Below the pieces are notes generated by a model. It had not been told where the DNA came from and did not search any database. It saw only the letters and a program-made list of their open reading frames with translations. DNA of 64,000 bases from Escherichia phage ESCO13. Numbering within the stretch: position 1 is the stretch's first letter; every line of letters begins with the position of its first letter. A program made the translations under genes and the position numbers. Below, in pieces: positions 62,996-64,000 of this stretch. Location: the sequence record NC_047770.1; one strand, written 5' to 3'.

Positions 62996-63364
62996 ATGAG
63001 CAAATCAGCAATTAAAGCACTTGAAAAAGCACAAGAAGTGATCGCAACGTCAACCACTGGCGCAAAGGTTAATCTCGTTGGTTATCTGACAGATGAAACT
63101 ATCCGTAAAAATTGGCGTAATGCTGATTTACTGGCTTGCTTATTGATTAATAGTGTCGCTAATGCTTTCCAGTGTGAAACAGCCGAGAGCCTGGAGGAAA
63201 ACTTGTTTGATAATATGGATCAAGCCATTGAAACCTATATTCAATCAAATTTAGATAGCTGGAACAGTAAAACATGGCCCGACAATTTACGCGATACAAC
63301 TGATCAACTGATCCGCCTTGCCCTGATGGTTGAACGCGATAACGTTCACAACCGCACAAAGTAA
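62996..63364 (+). CDS. hypothetical protein
   Basis: 122 aa; RBS AAGAGGAAA. Confidence 0.55.
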   Translation: MSKSAIKALEKAQEVIATSTTGAKVNLVGYLTDETIRKNWRNADLLACLLINSVANAFQCETAESLEENLFDNMDQAIETYIQSNLDSWNSKTWPDNLRDTTDQLIRLALMVERDNVHNRTK

Positions 63365-63375
63365 GATTATACAAG

Positions 63376-63395
63376 GGGCGCACTAAGCGCCCTTT
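63376..63395 (+). terminator. hairpin / weak terminator
   Basis: GGGCGC-ACTAA-GCGCCC followed by a short TTT; same hairpin family as 58304 and 63940. Confidence 0.4.
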
Positions 63396-63422
63396 AACGT
63401 AAAGAAATGTAAATAATGCGCT

Positions 63423-63459
63423 ATCCCCTATTGACAGGGGATCGGCGTTATATTATATT
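63423..63459 (+). promoter_or_regulatory. sigma70 promoter TTGACA-N17-TATATT with an inverted repeat over the -35
   Basis: ATCCCCT-ATTGAC-AGGGGAT (63423-63442) flanks the -35; no 5-prime hairpin. Confidence 0.5.
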
Positions 63460-63504
63460 TAACTCACTGGCAGCAAACAACGAAACGAAACAAAGGATAA
63501 CACT

Positions 63505-63924
63505 ATGAACATTAAATCAAATAATCCAGCTTACTCCTTCGATAACGCTTTTTGTCACGGTAGCGCCGCCAAAGGCTTCGAAATCGATGGTAAATTGGTT
63601 ATCGTGAACGTTGACGGGGAAGAGGTTGCAGTGTATCCGGTAAACGATGTTAAAAGCCGTTTACAATGCCGCATGGATGTTACCGCATATCAGCTTGATC
63701 CGGTCCGTGTAGTTGCCCTGGTGTTAGAGGAAGAGATCAAAGCAATGCATCACAGTAATAAGTTTATTGGTGACGCGCAGGATAATATGAACGTTTGCCG
63801 CCATAAAGTTAATGAAGCATTGAAAGAATGCGGTTTTAAGGATCTGATGATTAAACGTGATGAAAAATTCCGCTTTCGTAATGACCTGGCAAACCGGATC
63901 TACTCAATCTATGAAGCGTTATAA
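63505..63924 (+). CDS. hypothetical protein
   Basis: 139 aa; RBS AAAGGA. Confidence 0.55.
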   Translation: MNIKSNNPAYSFDNAFCHGSAAKGFEIDGKLVIVNVDGEEVAVYPVNDVKSRLQCRMDVTAYQLDPVRVVALVLEEEIKAMHHSNKFIGDAQDNMNVCRHKVNEALKECGFKDLMIKRDEKFRFRNDLANRIYSIYEAL

Positions 63925-63939
63925 TTGACAACAAAACAA

Positions 63940-63965
63940 GGGCGCACCAAGCGCCCTTTCTTTTT
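63940..63965 (+). terminator. rho-independent terminator
   Basis: GGGCGC-ACCAA-GCGCCC followed by TTTCTTTTT; near-identical to the terminator at 58304. Confidence 0.6.
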
Positions 63966-64000
63966 GCCCGAACAATGTTGATAGCTTTCGCCTATGAAAA

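Noticed and set aside
53242-63459. Possible CRISPR array, suggested by many repeats of a GC-rich palindromic ~20-bp unit
   Set aside because: Repeats are irregularly spaced (250-450 bp), each sits inside a promoter-leader and is followed by an RBS and ORF; there are no uniform-length spacers and no cas genes.
63925-63930. TTGACA hexamer right after the last stop codon as a further promoter
   Set aside because: No -10 element at 16-18 bp; the downstream sequence is a terminator hairpin, not a leader.
1-64000. Prophage or integrative element boundaries (integrase, att sites, flanking host genes)
   Set aside because: No integrase/recombinase-like ORF, no tRNA-adjacent direct repeats and no recognisable bacterial housekeeping genes; the gene content fits a lytic phage genome segment.

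Overview
The window reads as a contiguous segment of a large virulent tailed dsDNA phage of an enterobacterial host; no integrase, att site, rRNA, tRNA or CRISPR array was found. All calls rest on reading the sequence and ORF track by eye: no database search, HMM search or folding program was run, so every family assignment is motif-level. Layout: (1) 1-10.7 kb, plus strand, late tail-fibre module (fibre, Tfa-like chaperone, large fibre/tailspike, collagen-like fibre, Ig-like fibre) closed by a bidirectional terminator. (2) 10.7-45.7 kb, minus strand, tightly packed early/middle genes with frequent ATGA/TAATG overlaps: SSB, family A DNA polymerase, DNA methyltransferase, primase-helicase, four tandem putative glycosyltransferases, a Ter-like cluster (TerD, vWA, TelA-like, TerC), macro-domain/PRTase/HAD module, NrdG/NrdD, SF1 helicase, HNH endonuclease. 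(3) 45.8-52.1 kb, plus strand, small genes, an AAA+ ATPase, a zinc-ribbon-repeat protein and a NADAR-like protein. (4) 52.1-53.2 kb, non-coding zone with AT-rich iteron-like repeats, four phased Fur-box-like palindromes and a GC-richer island. (5) 53.2-64 kb, plus strand, about 35 small ORFs of unknown function with host-like codon usage, most preceded by a stereotyped sigma70 promoter plus 5-prime hairpin cassette (about 25 copies). The most interesting candidates are this cassette array (probable host-takeover or anti-defence genes), the phage-borne Ter-like cluster with ADP-ribose-processing enzymes, and the Fur-like operator array.
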